DNA from: Selaginella moellendorffii
Taxonomy: Eukaryota; Plantae; Lycopodiophyta
DNA length: 64,000 bases
Assembly (NCBI RefSeq): GCF_000143415.4
Contig: NW_003314263.1
Coordinates: 3,420,451 to 3,484,450 of the forward strand
Direction of reading: 5' to 3'
The notes under the pieces are model-generated. The model was given only the letters and a program-made list of their open reading frames with translations. It was not told the DNA's origin and made no database searches. Position 1 is the stretch's first letter, and each line of letters begins with the position of its first letter. Both the position numbers and the translations under genes were made by a program. Of this stretch, positions 62,385-64,000 are shown piece after piece.

Positions 62385-64000
62385 GGGGTGGGGGTAGGGT
62401 TATAGGGATAATGGGTAGGTTAGGCATGGTCGACTAATCTAAGGCATAGTATAGCTCCCGCTTGTATGCTTATCCTTATTTTACATTCGGCTTGAGTCCA
62501 AACTCAAACTCCATACTATACTAGCTGGTAAAGTACTTATATCCTTATGTTAAGCCACTAGTATACTAAAATAGTGCCAAACTCTATTTGGATTTATTTT
62601 GCATGTTAGTCTCAACATTAGGATGTTGGGAATTGTAAGATTACTCTAATGTTGTTCTATGCTCCTATCCCTTTTTTCCTTGGGTTATATGCTCAAAAGT
62701 CACTCTGTGCCCTTGTCCCTTCACTCCTAAAGTTGTATGCTTAAGAATTGTTCCATACTTCAATTTTCTTTTATTCTTTAGTTATATGCTCAAGAGTTTA
62801 GCTCTATACCTTTATTCAATGGCCCAAGGCTTTGAACTTGGGTTCTACTTTGCTATACTTGGCCCACATATTCAAAAGTTTATGTTCTGCTCTATGGCTA
62901 TTCTATGATAAATCATTATAGGGTAAAGGGTAAAACCATGTGCATTATATTTAGCATCAGAAGATGAGTTTTAGTGAGTACTATGCAATGAGATTGGGCA
63001 ACTAGTCTCATTGCATATGCAAAGATGCAAAAATGATCCGAGTGGGTATATGTTTGGTTGCTATAACTTTGCATACATCCCTTTAATATAGATTTTGGTT
63101 ACCTTTTTATACTTTATTATATAAGCTTTTACTTGGGCCCATAAGATGGATTTGAGGTGTTCTATTTGTACAAGTTTGTATTTGGGCTTGTGTGCAACAC
63201 ACATTAGCAACTTGTTGGAAAGCACACTTTGAGTTGGTAGGATTAATATTAACCTGTCAATAGTGACCATAAGTTATTCCATATTATCATGGGTAAAAAA
63301 AAAACCTCTCATAGGTTTGCAAAGAGTGGCAAATAAGTTGGTCCATAGTTATTTAGCATAGCATTAATGGATCCTTCCTAGGCATGACTATAAGTTGGTT
63401 AATCAAGATTGTAGGGATTAATTTGTTGATTTAAGTAGTTATTGTCATGCTCTCTCATAAACTTTTTTTAGATTGGACTAAGGGCAGTGCAAAAACTTGC
63501 TATTGAAAGGCTTGCTATGGAAAAACTTAGGTTGCAATGCTTATTTCTTTTCTGAGGAATGTTGCTATTGTTCCTTGAATAATTTGGTGTTAAATTAGTT
63601 TTGAGTTTAGTCAAAAAAGAGTAGCATGAGCTTATTTATATTATAAACTTTAGTAGGTAGTTTGTATGATGCAACTTAGAAGGAATGGTAACTTTTTAGG
63701 GCTAAGGCAATTAAATTGGATAGAGTTTAGAGATGGTGTAGAAAAGTAATTATTGCACTTTTCTAGAAAGGTGACCTTTGTGCTATTCTTTTGTAGTGTT
63801 ATGTTTGATGGTAAGTTGCACTTTGGATTTCTTTAGACACTATAAGAGTAGTGAGCTCTCTGACTTGGTCTTGGTAGCTTTACACTTTAGTTAAAGATGG
63901 TAATGTCTAACTTAGTTGTTTGCGGTTGAGGTGTTAGTACCTATATTATAACTTTGTCTATTATGAAATTATGTACCTATACAATACAATCTTGCATCAC
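62385..64000 (+). mobile_element. degenerate family B copy: partial LTR (to ~62949), decayed PBS, 5' internal region
   Basis: Reverse complement of 37930-36600 and ~35700-35430 with deletions (e.g. atgagattgggcaactagtctc). Confidence 0.8.

Overview
Eukaryotic, repeat-rich plant genomic DNA. Very short GT-AG introns, a plant-type tRNA-His and plant gene families suggest a compact early-diverging land-plant genome such as the lycophyte Selaginella; this is inference, not a database result. Main content in order: (1) 1-~750, the 3' end of an SDR gene plus a decayed tRNA-His, duplicated at ~54.0-54.7 kb; (2) a solo LTR, an unknown spliced gene and a frameshifted BCS1-like AAA-ATPase (2-9.5 kb); (3) a 25-kb nest of LTR retroelements (14,057-39,223) in which nearly every layer keeps its 5-bp TSD, including two full-length non-coding elements with minisatellite-filled LTRs and a tiny LTR carrying a 5S rRNA promoter region (Cassandra-like TRIM; a second copy lies at 2.4 kb); (4) a ~12-kb decayed Mutator-like DNA transposon (39.9-51.7 kb, right end in an N gap); (5) after the gap, an MCM3 fragment, an intact tRNA-His, an SDR pseudogene and Ty3/gypsy relics. 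The standout is (4). Besides its MULE-SWIM transposase it carries a divergently transcribed, intron-containing gene that reconstructs to a ParB/Srx-like domain fused to a prokaryotic-type beta-class N6A/N4C DNA methyltransferase. Three long palindromes lie between the two genes, and a third small Zn-finger ORF is also present. Most long ORFs in the supplied track are artefacts of tandem repeats.
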